DNA from: Planctomycetota bacterium
GTDB taxonomy: Bacteria > Planctomycetota > UBA8108 > SXIK01
Direction of reading: 5' to 3'
NCBI GenBank assembly: GCA_965223845.1
Contig: CBDCXR010000004.1
Span: 4,320,001-4,384,000, forward strand
Length of the DNA stretch: 64,000 nucleotides
Shown one piece after another: positions 18,789 to 29,363 of the stretch. The notes under the pieces were generated by a model. That model had not been told where the DNA came from. It was given only the letters and a program-made list of their open reading frames with translations, and did not search any database. The position numbers were made by a program, and so were the translations under genes. Numbering within the stretch: position 1 is the stretch's first letter; each line of letters starts with the position of its first letter.

Positions 18789-20582
18789 TCAAGGCCCACC
18801 GACGACGGTAAACTGCGCCGCGGAATCCTCCGCGCGGACGAGCTCGACGCGAAGCTCAGCACTCGGTCGCTTCGACCGGAGCACACGAACGACGAGCGAA
18901 CGCTTCCCTTCGGCGAGCTCCACGCTCCACTCCCCCGATGCGTCGATCGGTTCGCCGTCGAGCCAGAAGGCGAGCCCGTCCGAGGAATCGACGCGAAGCT
19001 CGACCTTGCCCCCGATCACAACGTTCACCTCCGCCCGGAGGAAGAGCGTCGAGTCCGCCTCCGAGATCTCGTCGAGAGGGAGCGCGCCGGCAACGCGCCC
19101 GTACGCACGCTTCCACGCGGACGAGTCGGCACCGAAGACGATCGTCTTCAGCGCTTCGCCATCGGGCGGCGTCGCCGCGAGACGGGGATCGTCCGCCCGC
19201 AGCGCGCTCCAGCGCTGAACCGTCTCCGTCGAGCGCACGGCGTATTCGCCGTCCTTCCCGAGTCGCGAGAGAAACGCGACGAGATCGACGAATTCATCCC
19301 GCGCCAAGAAACGCGTGAGCCCGCTCGGCATCAGCGTTCCCGATTCGTCTTCGTCGATCACGTCGTCGGCCGGAATCGTCTGCCGCTCCCCCGCGCCGTT
19401 CTTCAGGATGATCGCGTCGTCGCTCCGATCGACGACGATTCCGCTGACGACCCCGCCGTCAGCCGTCACGAGGTTCACGACGCGATATTCCTCTTTCACT
19501 GCCTGCTCGGGAGCGAGGATCGATTGAATCAGATACTCGACCGGCGAGCTGCCGCCCACCGCACTCAGGTCGGGGCCGATGTCGCCGCCCGCCTTGCTGA
19601 CGGCGTGGCACGCCATGCAGCCGAGGTCGCTCCGGCGAAAGATCACTTCGCCGCGCGCCGGATTGCCGCGCGCGATGACGTCGGCTTCGATGCGCTTCGC
19701 TTCCTCGGGAGAAATCTCCGCGGCCATCCCTTCGATTCCGGCCGCGGCCGCCAGGGACTCGACGAGCGCGGGATCGCTCCGACCGGAACTGACGACGGCG
19801 CCGAGCGCCCGCCTCGCTACGGCACGCGAGAGATTCTTGCCCGCGAGCGCGGACGCGAGCCGGTCTGATCCGCCCGACGCATGGAGAAATGCGCGAACGA
19901 GCCGCGTCGGATCGGCACCCTCCGGGCTCGATGCGAGCGCGTCGGCGGCGAACGCGGCCGCGCGCTCGAGATCGACGCCGACCATGGCCGCCGCACCGAG
20001 GAATCGGTCTTCCGGTGATCGATCCTTGTCGGCGAGCGCGGCGGCGATCTTCGCGGCCGACTCCCCACCGATCGCGACCAGACTGTCGAGCGCAGCACGG
20101 CGCAGCTCGAGCTTCGCCGTTCGGTCGAGGCTGAGTGCACCGAGCGGCTCCGCGAGAGTTTCGACTCTCCAGAGCCCCGCGAGCTTCGCGACGACGAGTC
20201 GCGTGGCGTCGTCGTTCGTCGAGGCTAAGAGGGCGCTGATTCTCCCGAGATCCCCCTTCGGCCGTACTTTTCGCTCTCGGGCAGCGGTTTCGAGACCGCG
20301 GAGGGCCGCCAGCAAGACCGTTCCGGTGTAGCCTTTCTCCGAAAGTGCCGTGTCGAAGACGTACGTCAGGTCTGACGCGTTGCCGCGCTGGCAGACCATG
20401 CCGACCACGGTGCCAACGCGACCGGGAGGAATTCGACCGCTCTTGAGGAGACGAAGGTAGGACCCGACGGCGCTCTCTTCTTCTTCGGTCACCGGCTCGA
20501 CCGGAGCCGCGAACGCGTTCGAACCGAAGCCGGATGCGAGAATCGCCACCAGAGCGAATGTTGCTCGAAGAGTTCCCCTCAC
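18789..20582 (-). CDS. HEAT-repeat protein with a PVC-type putative heme-binding (CxxCH) cytochrome c domain
   Basis: GNPARGEVIF..CMACH..GPDLSAVG..SILAP..MPSGL..DLVAFL; signal peptide. Confidence 0.85.
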   Translation of the reverse strand: MRGTLRATFALVAILASGFGSNAFAAPVEPVTEEEESAVGSYLRLLKSGRIPPGRVGTVVGMVCQRGNASDLTYVFDTALSEKGYTGTVLLAALRGLETAARERKVRPKGDLGRISALLASTNDDATRLVVAKLAGLWRVETLAEPLGALSLDRTAKLELRRAALDSLVAIGGESAAKIAAALADKDRSPEDRFLGAAAMVGVDLERAAAFAADALASSPEGADPTRLVRAFLHASGGSDRLASALAGKNLSRAVARRALGAVVSSGRSDPALVESLAAAAGIEGMAAEISPEEAKRIEADVIARGNPARGEVIFRRSDLGCMACHAVSKAGGDIGPDLSAVGGSSPVEYLIQSILAPEQAVKEEYRVVNLVTADGGVVSGIVVDRSDDAIILKNGAGERQTIPADDVIDEDESGTLMPSGLTRFLARDEFVDLVAFLSRLGKDGEYAVRSTETVQRWSALRADDPRLAATPPDGEALKTIVFGADSSAWKRAYGRVAGALPLDEISEADSTLFLRAEVNVVIGGKVELRVDSSDGLAFWLDGEPIDASGEWSVELAEGKRSLVVRVLRSKRPSAELRVELVRAEDSAAQFTVVGGP

Positions 20583-20586
20583 CGCT

Positions 20587-23199
20587 TCAATCTCCTTTGG
20601 CGTTCTTCGCGGCTTCGATCCTCCGCTCGAGAGTCTTCGTCGTCTCTTCGAGCGTGTACTTCAGGTAATCGTCCTGCGCATGGATGAGCGACTCGGTGGC
20701 GATATCGAGCGCGCGCGTTTCGTGAAAGAAGCTGAGCGCGCGGATCGCCTCGAGGCGCACGCGGGGATGTTCGTCATTCACCTGTGCCTGAAGGAGCCTC
20801 AGCGGATCGTCGACGCGGTCGCGCCAGTAGCAAAGAACGCGCGTCGCCGCCGCGCGGGCTCGGTAGTCGGGCGACCGTAGGAGCTTGCCGAGAAGATTCG
20901 TGTCGAAGACGTCGTGGTGCTGCTTCACCCAGAGAGCCTCGAGAAGGTGGTGCTGGTGCTCGGCGTCCTTCTCGTCGAGTTCCGCGATCCACTTCTTGAT
21001 CGCCGCCATGACCTTCTGCGTGCCGCGGACGCGGAGCTCGCGCCGGACGCGATAGCGCAGCCGGTCGTTGTAGTCCTTGAGGAGATCGAGGAGCTCGACA
21101 ATCGACTTCTTCGTCAGGTCGACCGGCTTGTCGAGCGGATTCTTCGTGTAGGTGATGCGCCAGATGCGACCGTGCGTGTGGTCGCGATTCGGGTCGCGCA
21201 GCGAGTGCTGCATATGCCCGACGAGCGGGTTGTACCAGTCGACGATGTAGAGCGCGCCGTCCGGACCGAACTGGAGATCGACCGGACGAAAATTGCGATC
21301 GGACGAACGAAGGAGCGGCTCGACCGGCTCGGCGAAGAAACCGGAGCCTTCGTCCTTCATGCGGTACTGAAGGACGCCGTGAAATCCGATGCAGTTATTG
21401 AGGAGATAATTCCCCTGCGCCTCTTCGGGAAAGTGGCGCGTCGCGACGATCTCGCAGCCCGCCGTCGGGCGCCACTGCTTCTTGAGGAACTGCTTGAGCC
21501 CGCGGTGTTTTTGCGGGTAATCGACCTGCCCCGAGAACGCCGTACCGTAGTAGTTCGCGCCACCCGAGGCGTCGGCGACGAAGTTCTGGCCCCAGCGGTC
21601 GAATACGTGTCCCCAGGGATTGGCGAAGCGATACGAAACAAAGACCTCGAACTTCTCGGTGAGCGGCTCGTAGCGGAACACTCCGGCATCGGCGAGTCGC
21701 TGCGGACCGTAGGGAGTCTCGACCTGCGTGCGGTGGAAGGTCCCCTCTTGGAAGTAGAGTGCACCGCCCGGGCCCCAAGTGAACGCACTGATGGAATGAT
21801 GTGAGTCCGCTGAGTCAAAGCCGTGGAGAATCCGCGTTCGCACGTCGGCGATGCCGTCGCCATCCGTGTCCTTGAGGAAGAGGACGTCCGGCTGCTGCGC
21901 GACGTAGACGCCGCCGTCGCCGAGCTCGATCCCGGTCGGGATGTGGAGCCCGTCCGCAAATACCGTCTGCTTGTCGGCGCGGCCGTCGCCGTCGAGATCC
22001 TCGAAGATGAGAACTTTGTCATCGACCGGTCTGCCCGGGAGGTACATCGGGTACGACGCCATTGTGCAGACGAAGAGACGGCCGCGCGCGTCGAACGCGA
22101 ACTGAACCGGATTCTCGAGATCGGGAAACTCGATCTCGGAGGCGAAGAGCTCGATCTTATAGCCCTCAGGAAGCGTGAATTTCTTCAGAGCCTCCTCGGG
22201 CGGTGAGTCCTCCACCTCGAACTTGATGTTTGTCTTGATCTCGACGAAGTCGCCCGTCTTCGAGTCGTCGATCGTCGCGGGGAGATCCTCGCCGCGTGCA
22301 GCCGCCCATACCCTCCGGTCGCGGTTCTCCACCATGCGGCGGAGCTTCTCGAACTCCTTCGGGAAGTTGACGACCCCGAACGGCTTCTTTCGTCCGCCGT
22401 AGATGTAAAAGCCGTTCGTCGCGCGGTAGTCGTACCAGAACTGGAGATTCTTCTCGAGAATCTCCGCTCGGAGCCGCTCGAGGTCGGTCGCCTCGTTCGC
22501 CGGGCGATCGCCGAAAAGCGCTCGGTCGAGAACCGGAGCGAGGGCTCGGTACCCGGCGTCGTTCAGGTGAATGCCGTTGATGCTCAGCGGCTCCGGCGCC
22601 TCGCGCATCACAGTCTTCGTCGGCGTGAAGAGGTCGACGAAGGGCACGTCGTGCTCCCCCGCAACCTTTTTCATCGCCTCGGTGTAGAGCGCGATGTTGG
22701 CGTTGTTCTTCTCCCCGTCGGGAAGCGTTCGCCGGCCGAGGTTCTCGTGTGCGATCGGAGAGAGGAGAACGAGTCTCGCCGCCGATTCGCCGCCAAACTT
22801 CGCCGCCTTCGTTTCGGAGACGTACTTCGCGAGATCCGCGGAGAACTTTGCGAGTCCCGCTTTCCCCGCGAAAGATTCGTTGAATCCGAAGCAGGCGAGA
22901 ATCACGTCGGGCCGGTGATCCTCGAGGTTGTGTCCGTGATCTTGAAAGTCCTTCGAGCGCGGGCGGAGGGTCAGCTCGTCGGCGGACCAGCCCAAGTTCC
23001 GAACGACGAGGTCGTGGTTCGGAAATCGGCTGTGGAGAAGCGTTTCGAAATGGCCGAAGTGCTGCATTCGCTCGGCGAGAGTGTTCCCGACGATGACGAT
23101 GCGATCACCCTTTTCGAGCTTGAGAAGAGCGTCGGCAGCCGCGCTCGGCAGACAGCAAAAGGAGACTAGGGCAAACAGAATCGGGGCGAGGAATCGCAT
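20587..23199 (-). CDS. SGNH/GDSL domain plus PVC-type membrane-dehydrogenase beta-propeller plus HEAT repeats
   Basis: GNTLAE, RNLGWSAD, FGFNES, NGIHLN; LPEGYKIELFASE, FEDLDGDGRAD, WGPGGALY, GPDGALYIVDWYN, HGRIWRI. Start at MRFLAP. Confidence 0.85.
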   Translation of the reverse strand: MRFLAPILFALVSFCCLPSAAADALLKLEKGDRIVIVGNTLAERMQHFGHFETLLHSRFPNHDLVVRNLGWSADELTLRPRSKDFQDHGHNLEDHRPDVILACFGFNESFAGKAGLAKFSADLAKYVSETKAAKFGGESAARLVLLSPIAHENLGRRTLPDGEKNNANIALYTEAMKKVAGEHDVPFVDLFTPTKTVMREAPEPLSINGIHLNDAGYRALAPVLDRALFGDRPANEATDLERLRAEILEKNLQFWYDYRATNGFYIYGGRKKPFGVVNFPKEFEKLRRMVENRDRRVWAAARGEDLPATIDDSKTGDFVEIKTNIKFEVEDSPPEEALKKFTLPEGYKIELFASEIEFPDLENPVQFAFDARGRLFVCTMASYPMYLPGRPVDDKVLIFEDLDGDGRADKQTVFADGLHIPTGIELGDGGVYVAQQPDVLFLKDTDGDGIADVRTRILHGFDSADSHHSISAFTWGPGGALYFQEGTFHRTQVETPYGPQRLADAGVFRYEPLTEKFEVFVSYRFANPWGHVFDRWGQNFVADASGGANYYGTAFSGQVDYPQKHRGLKQFLKKQWRPTAGCEIVATRHFPEEAQGNYLLNNCIGFHGVLQYRMKDEGSGFFAEPVEPLLRSSDRNFRPVDLQFGPDGALYIVDWYNPLVGHMQHSLRDPNRDHTHGRIWRITYTKNPLDKPVDLTKKSIVELLDLLKDYNDRLRYRVRRELRVRGTQKVMAAIKKWIAELDEKDAEHQHHLLEALWVKQHHDVFDTNLLGKLLRSPDYRARAAATRVLCYWRDRVDDPLRLLQAQVNDEHPRVRLEAIRALSFFHETRALDIATESLIHAQDDYLKYTLEETTKTLERRIEAAKNAKGD

Positions 23200-23404
23200 G
23201 CGATCTTCTCTCTGAGGGCGGGAGGAATCCGAGTGGACGACCCCGGACGGAAGTGGAGACAGGCCCCGATTATTCCCTGCTCGCGCCCCGAGGACAAGGA
23301 ACGGCGAGCGGTTGATCGGGGGATGTTTCCGCGCTTCGGCGCGCGCGCCGTCCCGCACGTTGGACGAGGGAACGAGATCGGTTCTTCAGTCGGGCCCGGG
23401 GCCT

Positions 23405-24856
23405 CTATCCCGGAGCTGCACTCTCTAGCAGCAGTCCGCAAAGCCACGCGGCATAGGTGCCGAGGGCGTAGCCGACGACGGCCAGAAGGACACCTACGGG
23501 AGCGAGTGAAGGGTGAAACGCGCTCGCAACGACCGGAGCGGATGCCGCTCCGCCGATGTTCGCCTGGCTGCCGACGGCCATGAGAAAGACCGGTGCACGG
23601 ATCAGCCGAGCGACGACGATCATCAGCGCGGCGTGGAGGCACATCCATGCGCCGCCGACCGCAAAGAGCCATCGATATCGCGGGTCAGCGATGGCGAGGA
23701 TGTCCATGTTCATTCCGATCGTCCCGACCAGCACGTAGATGAAGACGGATCCGAGTCGCGAAGCGCCGGTCCCCTCGAGCCTTCGCGCGCGGGTGAACGA
23801 AAGCCCGAGGCCGATCGTCGTCGCGGTGACGACGATCCAAAAGAAGGAGCTCGTGAGACTGAGCCTCGCCAGCCCGGGCGCGTTCGTTTCGATCCAAGGA
23901 ACGATGAAGTCCGCCGCGAGATGCGCGATTCCCGTCGCTCCGAATCCGACCGCGAGGAGAATCATTGAATCGGCGAGCCGCGGAATCTTCATAACGCTCT
24001 TCTGGAACTCCACAACTTGATCGCGGAGGCGAACGATTGCCGACGCGTCCGCCCCGTTGAAACGATCGATCGCCTCCGACCGAGCTGCCATGATGAGGAG
24101 ACAGCCCATCCAGACGTTCGCGATGAGGACGTCCACGGCGATCAAGACGGAAAACACGTCGTCTCCGACGTTGAAGATCTCCTTCATCGCCGCCTGATTC
24201 GCCCCCCCGCCGATCCAGCTCCCGGCGACCGTGGTCATGCCTCGCCAGACGCCCTCGTCGACGGCTTCGGGGTGGATCATGCCGAAGGCGAAAAGTACGA
24301 GCGGTCCACCGGCCACGACGCCGAGCGTCCCAGTGAGAAACATGACGATCGCCTTCGGTCCGAGCGACAGAACGCCGGCAAAGTCCGTGCTCAGCGTCAA
24401 GAAGACGAGGCTCGTCGGCAGCAGATACCGGGACGCGACGAAATAGAGGTTCGACTCCTCGGGATCGACGATGTGGAAGACGCGGAGGAGCGACGGGAGA
24501 AAGTAGCAGAGGAGTAGGCCCGGAATGAATGAGTAGAACTTCCGCCAGAACCGATGTTCGCTCGCCATCGTCCAGAAGACGACGCCGAGAATGGCGAGGA
24601 GAAACCCGAGGGCGACAGAGTCGTTTTGGGTGAGGAAGACGGCCGTTTCCTCCGAGGCTTCGGTCGATTCGACTCCCTCAGCGGCGCGAACGAGCGTTGG
24701 GACGAGAGTGGCGACGAGGAGTGCGATTCCTCGCGTGAGTCGAATGGCCGATGAGACGAGCCGAGAGCTCGAGTGAGTTCGAGACGAACTCGACGTTTTC
24801 GGCGCGGGTCTCGTTCCCGTTTCCGTTCGGTCGTACGGGAGGAACTCTGGCCGCAC
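23405..24856 (-). CDS. DUF819 family membrane protein
   Basis: GSWIGGGANQAAM, GSQANIGGAASAPVVA, VGYALGTY; multiple TM segments. Start uncertain (GTG 24856 or TTG 24991). Confidence 0.85.
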   Translation of the reverse strand: MRPEFLPYDRTETGTRPAPKTSSSSRTHSSSRLVSSAIRLTRGIALLVATLVPTLVRAAEGVESTEASEETAVFLTQNDSVALGFLLAILGVVFWTMASEHRFWRKFYSFIPGLLLCYFLPSLLRVFHIVDPEESNLYFVASRYLLPTSLVFLTLSTDFAGVLSLGPKAIVMFLTGTLGVVAGGPLVLFAFGMIHPEAVDEGVWRGMTTVAGSWIGGGANQAAMKEIFNVGDDVFSVLIAVDVLIANVWMGCLLIMAARSEAIDRFNGADASAIVRLRDQVVEFQKSVMKIPRLADSMILLAVGFGATGIAHLAADFIVPWIETNAPGLARLSLTSSFFWIVVTATTIGLGLSFTRARRLEGTGASRLGSVFIYVLVGTIGMNMDILAIADPRYRWLFAVGGAWMCLHAALMIVVARLIRAPVFLMAVGSQANIGGAASAPVVASAFHPSLAPVGVLLAVVGYALGTYAAWLCGLLLESAAPG

Positions 24857-24885
24857 GTCCGCCGAAGGACTGCGCCGGACGGGAC

Positions 24886-24930
24886 GGAGAAGCTGGAGAA
24901 GATGGAGAAGATGGAGAAGAAAGAGAAGCT
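24886..24930 (+). repeat. Five-copy imperfect 9-bp tandem repeat (consensus GGAGAAGAT)
   Basis: ggagaagct ggagaagat ggagaagat ggagaagaa agagaagct read directly from the sequence. Confidence 0.8.
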
Positions 24931-24987
24931 TGTCGGGAAGGGGAGCGGGAACGGGGGACGAGTCGTGGCGGACTAGGTGTTTCAAGA

Positions 24988-26451
24988 TCAACCTAGAATG
25001 TCATGCACGACATTCCCGTACACGTCCGTCAGACGGAAATCCCGGCCGGCGTAACGGTAGGTGAGCCGCTCGTGATCCACACCGAGGATGTGGAGGATCG
25101 TCGCGTGGAGGTCGTGCATGTGCACTTTATTCTCGATCGCCTGGAAGCCCCACTCGTCCGTCGCGCCGTAGGTGTAGCCCGCCTTGACTCCCCCACCCGC
25201 GAGCCAGAGCGTGAATCCCTTCGGGTTGTGATCGCGACCCGTACCGCGCTTCTCCGCAAACGGCGTCCGCCCGAACTCCGCGCCCCACCAGACGAGCGTG
25301 TCTTCGAGGAGACCGCGCGATTTGAGATCGGCGAGGAGGCCCGCGACCGGCTTGTCCGTCGCGCGCGCGTGGATCGCGTGGCGCTCGAGGTTCGAGTGCT
25401 GGTCCCACCGCGGGTTGTTCGAGTTGTCGGAGTAGTTGACCTGAATATAACGAACTCCCGCCTCGGCGAAGCGCCGCGCTTGAAGGCACATGCGGCCGTA
25501 CTCTTCCGTCTTCGGATCGTCGACGCCGTAGAGCGAAAGCGTCGCCTTGCTCTCGCCGGATAGATCCATGAGCTCAGGCGCCTCGGTCTGCATGCGGAAG
25601 GCGAGCTCGAACGAGTTGAGCACGCCGCCGAGCGCGGCATCGCGTTCTGAAGCCTCGAACTGGTCGCGATTGAGACCGCGGAGCAGCTCGAACCGCCGCC
25701 GGCGTTCGTCCGCGGAAATCCGATCAGTCGTGAGGTGCGGGATTCCCGCCTCGCGCGACGGTACGCCGACGCGCCCGATCTTCGTTCCTTGGTAGGACGC
25801 CGGGAGGAACGCGCTCGCGTAGTTCCGCGGACCACCCATGCGCGCCGACGGACTGATCGAGATGAAACCGGGGAGGCTGTCGTTCTCCGTCCCGAGTCCG
25901 TAGGTGATCCACGAACCGATCGACGGTCGGATGAGACTCGTCGCGCCGGTGTGGAGAAAGAGCGTCGCCGGGCCGTGGGCGACGCCTTCGGTGTGCATGC
26001 TTCGAATGATGCAGAGATCGTCGACGTGCTCGGCGATGCGCGGGAAGAGCTCGGAGACCGGCTGACCGCGTTCGCCGTAGCGCTCGAACGACCACGGCGA
26101 ACGAAGGAGCTTCTGCTGGCTCACCTCGCGATGACGCGGAACGTAGAACGGAACGTCCTCGCCGCCGCGCTTCTGAAGGAGCGGCTTCGGGTCGAACGTG
26201 TCGACCTGGCTCGGCCCGCCTTGCATGAAGAGGAAGATCACGCGCTTAGCGCGCGGTGCGAGATGCGTCGTACTAGCGGCGAGCGGTCCCGCCGAACGCG
26301 CCGTTCTCTCGCCAGCGCACGCCGACTCGGCCGCGAGCGCCGAGAACGCGAGCGAGCCGAAGCCGCAAGAAATCTGTGTGAGCGCACGTCGGCGATCGAT
26401 CGCGCGATCGGGGGAACGCATCGTCTCGTCGTTCGAGCTCGTCGTCTGCAT
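24988..26451 (-). CDS. DUF1501 domain protein (Tat-type leader)
   Basis: DRRRAL, AKRVIFLFMQGGPSQVDTFDPKP, RPSIGSWITYGLG, WDQH, EFGRTP, GRDHNP, RLTDVYG. Confidence 0.92.
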   Translation of the reverse strand: MQTTSSNDETMRSPDRAIDRRRALTQISCGFGSLAFSALAAESACAGERTARSAGPLAASTTHLAPRAKRVIFLFMQGGPSQVDTFDPKPLLQKRGGEDVPFYVPRHREVSQQKLLRSPWSFERYGERGQPVSELFPRIAEHVDDLCIIRSMHTEGVAHGPATLFLHTGATSLIRPSIGSWITYGLGTENDSLPGFISISPSARMGGPRNYASAFLPASYQGTKIGRVGVPSREAGIPHLTTDRISADERRRRFELLRGLNRDQFEASERDAALGGVLNSFELAFRMQTEAPELMDLSGESKATLSLYGVDDPKTEEYGRMCLQARRFAEAGVRYIQVNYSDNSNNPRWDQHSNLERHAIHARATDKPVAGLLADLKSRGLLEDTLVWWGAEFGRTPFAEKRGTGRDHNPKGFTLWLAGGGVKAGYTYGATDEWGFQAIENKVHMHDLHATILHILGVDHERLTYRYAGRDFRLTDVYGNVVHDILG

Positions 26452-26459
26452 GGGCGGGC

Positions 26460-29363
26460 TCAGTTCAGGTACCGAAAGTCGACGCACGCAAGCAGCGCGT
26501 GACAGAGACCGGCCCACGCCTCCACCGCACGATCGTGGGACGTTCCGGTGCTCGCTTCAGCATCTCCGCCCCCCTCCCCTGCGTCAACGTCCACCTCGGA
26601 ACGGACGAAGCGAAGAGCGTCGGCCAGCTCGGCCGGGCGCGGAGTTCGCCCGAGAATCCGTCGATAGAGATCGTTCACGCGCTCGCGATCGCTCGCGCTC
26701 CCACTCGCGAGGACGCGCTCCGCCGCCGCGCGCGCGCCTTCGAGGACGAAATCACTGTTCATCAGCCAAAGGGCCTGCGCGGGAATCGAGCTCTCGACTC
26801 TAGCTCCGATCACGAGATTCGGATCGGCGAAATCGAACGCCTCGAGACCGGGATGAAGCGCGTTTCGAAAGACGGGGAGGTACACGCTCCGACGCGTCGA
26901 CTCGAAGCGGTACCCGAACTCGGAGCTGGTTCCCGGACGAATCGTGCCGCCGCGCTGACGCTCATCGAGCCGGCCGCTCACGTAGAGGATCGCGTCACGC
27001 ATCGCCTCGGCGTCGAGGCGCCGCCGGGGCGCACGCCAAAGGAGCCGATTCTCGGGGTCCGCTTCGAGGCCGCGCGCTCGAGCTTCGGTCGAGAGCCCCC
27101 ACGCCCGCGAAAGGAGGAGCTCGCGGATCATACGCTTCACCGACCAGCCGTCCTCGAGGAACCGGCACGCGAGGTAGTCGAGAAGCTCCGGGTGCGAAGG
27201 GGCTTCGCCCATCCGGCCGAAGTTGTCCGCCGTCCGAATGAGCCCATTCCCGAACACGATGTGCCAGACGCGATTTGCCATCACGCGAGCGGTGAGCGGG
27301 TGACGCCGATCGGTGAGCCACTCGGCGAGCTCGCGCCGTCCGCTCTCCTTCACCTCGAACGCGACCGGCGAGCGCGTCGCACTCGCGATGAATCCTCGCG
27401 GAACGACGTCTCCGAGAGTGTCGACGTTTCCTCGGATGCAGATCCGTGCGTCGGCGATTTCGTCCTCGTCGCGGACGGCCATCGCCTTCGGAATCGGCGG
27501 CGGGGCGCGTTTCGCGTGCTCGGCCTTTCGCTTCTCGAGCTGCTCGAGGCGCGTGCGCGCGGCGCGCTCGGCCACCGCGAGACGCTCCCGCGCGACCGCA
27601 GCTTCAGCTTGCTGCGGCGACGGCGTTTCCCGCTTCACTTCCTCCGGCGGAACGAACAATACCGCGTCAGCGATGACGTGGGCTCTCGTCCCCGAATTGC
27701 TCAGCGTGACCGTCGCCGTCGAACCCGCGGCGAACTCGAACATGCCGATGGAGACGAACTTTCCGAGCGGCGGCGGACGCGTCTCGTCGATGTGAACTCG
27801 GCGCTTCAGATTCCCCTGCTCGACGAGGACCGGAACTCGCTTCGCACGATTGGACCCTGGCGTGTACGCGACGCGGATCTCGTAGTTCCCCGGCGCGCGG
27901 ACATCGAACGGAAAGGAGATCGACTTTCGCCCTTTCTCCGAGTTGTCGTCGTGGAGATACCCTTCGCCGACGAATGCGGGGTGGTGAGTCGACTTCACCC
28001 ACTTGCCGACGAGACGAGCAGCGCGATCGTCGACGAGCACGCCGCGTGCCCCACCGGAGCTCGCTCGGTCGGCCTTCGTCTTCGCGAGCGCAGATCGGGC
28101 CTTCTTGATCGCGCCGTCGATCTTCGCGGCCTCTGCGCGGTGCGCTCTCCACAATTCGTCGAGCTGCGCGCCGTCCGAATTCGGGAGCGCGGTCTCCACA
28201 AATCCGGACACGTTGCCGGGAAGAAGCGTCTTCGTGCTGCGAAAGATCCCGGCGAGAGCGTAGTAGTCGCGAGTTGTCACCGGATCGAACTTGTGATCGT
28301 GACAGCGCGCACACCCGAGCGTGAGTCCCATGAACGCGCGACCGATCGTGTCGATCTGCTCGTCGACGACTTCCATGCGGAGAAGCTCTTTGTGCTGCTG
28401 GTCGAGATTCTTCGGTCCGACCGCGAGGAAACCGGTCGCGATGAGCGCCTCGGCTGCTTCCGCACCGTCCCGGTGAATGAGATCGCCGGCGAGCTGCTCG
28501 CGAACGAACTCGTCGAACGGCTTGTCGAACGAGAACGCGTCGATGACGTAGTCGCGATATCGCCAAGCGTTGTGAAAGAGGACGCTCCGGCCGCCCCCAC
28601 TCGACTCGGCGAAGCGAGCGACGTCGAGCCAGTGACGTCCCCAGCGCTCTCCGAAGCGTGGCGACGCGAGCAATCGATCGACGACTTTCTCCCACGCGAC
28701 CGGCGAAGGATCCGAGACGAACGCGTCGAGGTCCTCGGGAAGCGGCGGGAGCCCAGTGAGAACGACGGTCGCGCGCCGGATGAGGTCAGCGGGGTCGGCG
28801 TCGCCTACCGGCTCGATCGACTCGGCTTCCAATCGAGCGAGAATAAAACGATCGACATCGGTACGCGCCCAGTCACGCCGCGTCGGAGTCGGCACCGCCG
28901 GCGACACCGGAGGCGAGAACGCCCAGCGCAAACGCGCAGCGTCCGCAGGGTCGATCGTCTTCTCGGGTGGAGCGCGGTCCCCGGCCGGGTCCACCTTCCG
29001 CGGATCGTGCGCCCCGCGGGCCACCCAGCGCTCGAAGTCCGCGATCACCTCCGGCGGGAGCTTTCCTTTAGGCGGCATCTGCAGATCTTGATCGTCGTAG
29101 CGGATCGCTCGAACGAGGAGACTCGCGTCCGCGTCTCCGCGCAGGATCGCAGGACCGCGATCGCCGCCGCGCTCCCAGCCGCCGGCGAAGTCGAGGCGGA
29201 GTCCGCCCTTGGGCGCGCGACCGTTTTCGGGCGGCGAGTGACAGGACACGCAGTGCTCGACGAGCACGGGACGGATGCGGCGCTCGAAGAAGGCCTCGTC
29301 TGAAGCATTGCCGGCTTCTCCGACGACGCTCGCTAGCAGCAGACTAACAACACCCGGATTCAC
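26460..29363 (-). CDS. Planctomycete cytochrome c (PSCyt1) plus DUF1549/DUF1553 protein with a golvesin/xanthan-lyase-like insert
   Basis: FFERRIRPVLVEHCVSCH, ERWGRHWLDVARFAES, CARCHDHKFDP, HPLTARVMANRVW, HPELLDYLA; insert with VDDRAA..GEGYLHD..YEIRVAYTPGSNR..IADAVLF. Confidence 0.92.
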   Translation of the reverse strand: MNPGVVSLLLASVVGEAGNASDEAFFERRIRPVLVEHCVSCHSPPENGRAPKGGLRLDFAGGWERGGDRGPAILRGDADASLLVRAIRYDDQDLQMPPKGKLPPEVIADFERWVARGAHDPRKVDPAGDRAPPEKTIDPADAARLRWAFSPPVSPAVPTPTRRDWARTDVDRFILARLEAESIEPVGDADPADLIRRATVVLTGLPPLPEDLDAFVSDPSPVAWEKVVDRLLASPRFGERWGRHWLDVARFAESSGGGRSVLFHNAWRYRDYVIDAFSFDKPFDEFVREQLAGDLIHRDGAEAAEALIATGFLAVGPKNLDQQHKELLRMEVVDEQIDTIGRAFMGLTLGCARCHDHKFDPVTTRDYYALAGIFRSTKTLLPGNVSGFVETALPNSDGAQLDELWRAHRAEAAKIDGAIKKARSALAKTKADRASSGGARGVLVDDRAARLVGKWVKSTHHPAFVGEGYLHDDNSEKGRKSISFPFDVRAPGNYEIRVAYTPGSNRAKRVPVLVEQGNLKRRVHIDETRPPPLGKFVSIGMFEFAAGSTATVTLSNSGTRAHVIADAVLFVPPEEVKRETPSPQQAEAAVARERLAVAERAARTRLEQLEKRKAEHAKRAPPPIPKAMAVRDEDEIADARICIRGNVDTLGDVVPRGFIASATRSPVAFEVKESGRRELAEWLTDRRHPLTARVMANRVWHIVFGNGLIRTADNFGRMGEAPSHPELLDYLACRFLEDGWSVKRMIRELLLSRAWGLSTEARARGLEADPENRLLWRAPRRRLDAEAMRDAILYVSGRLDERQRGGTIRPGTSSEFGYRFESTRRSVYLPVFRNALHPGLEAFDFADPNLVIGARVESSIPAQALWLMNSDFVLEGARAAAERVLASGSASDRERVNDLYRRILGRTPRPAELADALRFVRSEVDVDAGEGGGDAEASTGTSHDRAVEAWAGLCHALLACVDFRYLN

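Noticed and set aside
24886-24930. Possible CRISPR array
   Set aside because: The units are 9 bp with no spacers, and there are no cas genes in the window.
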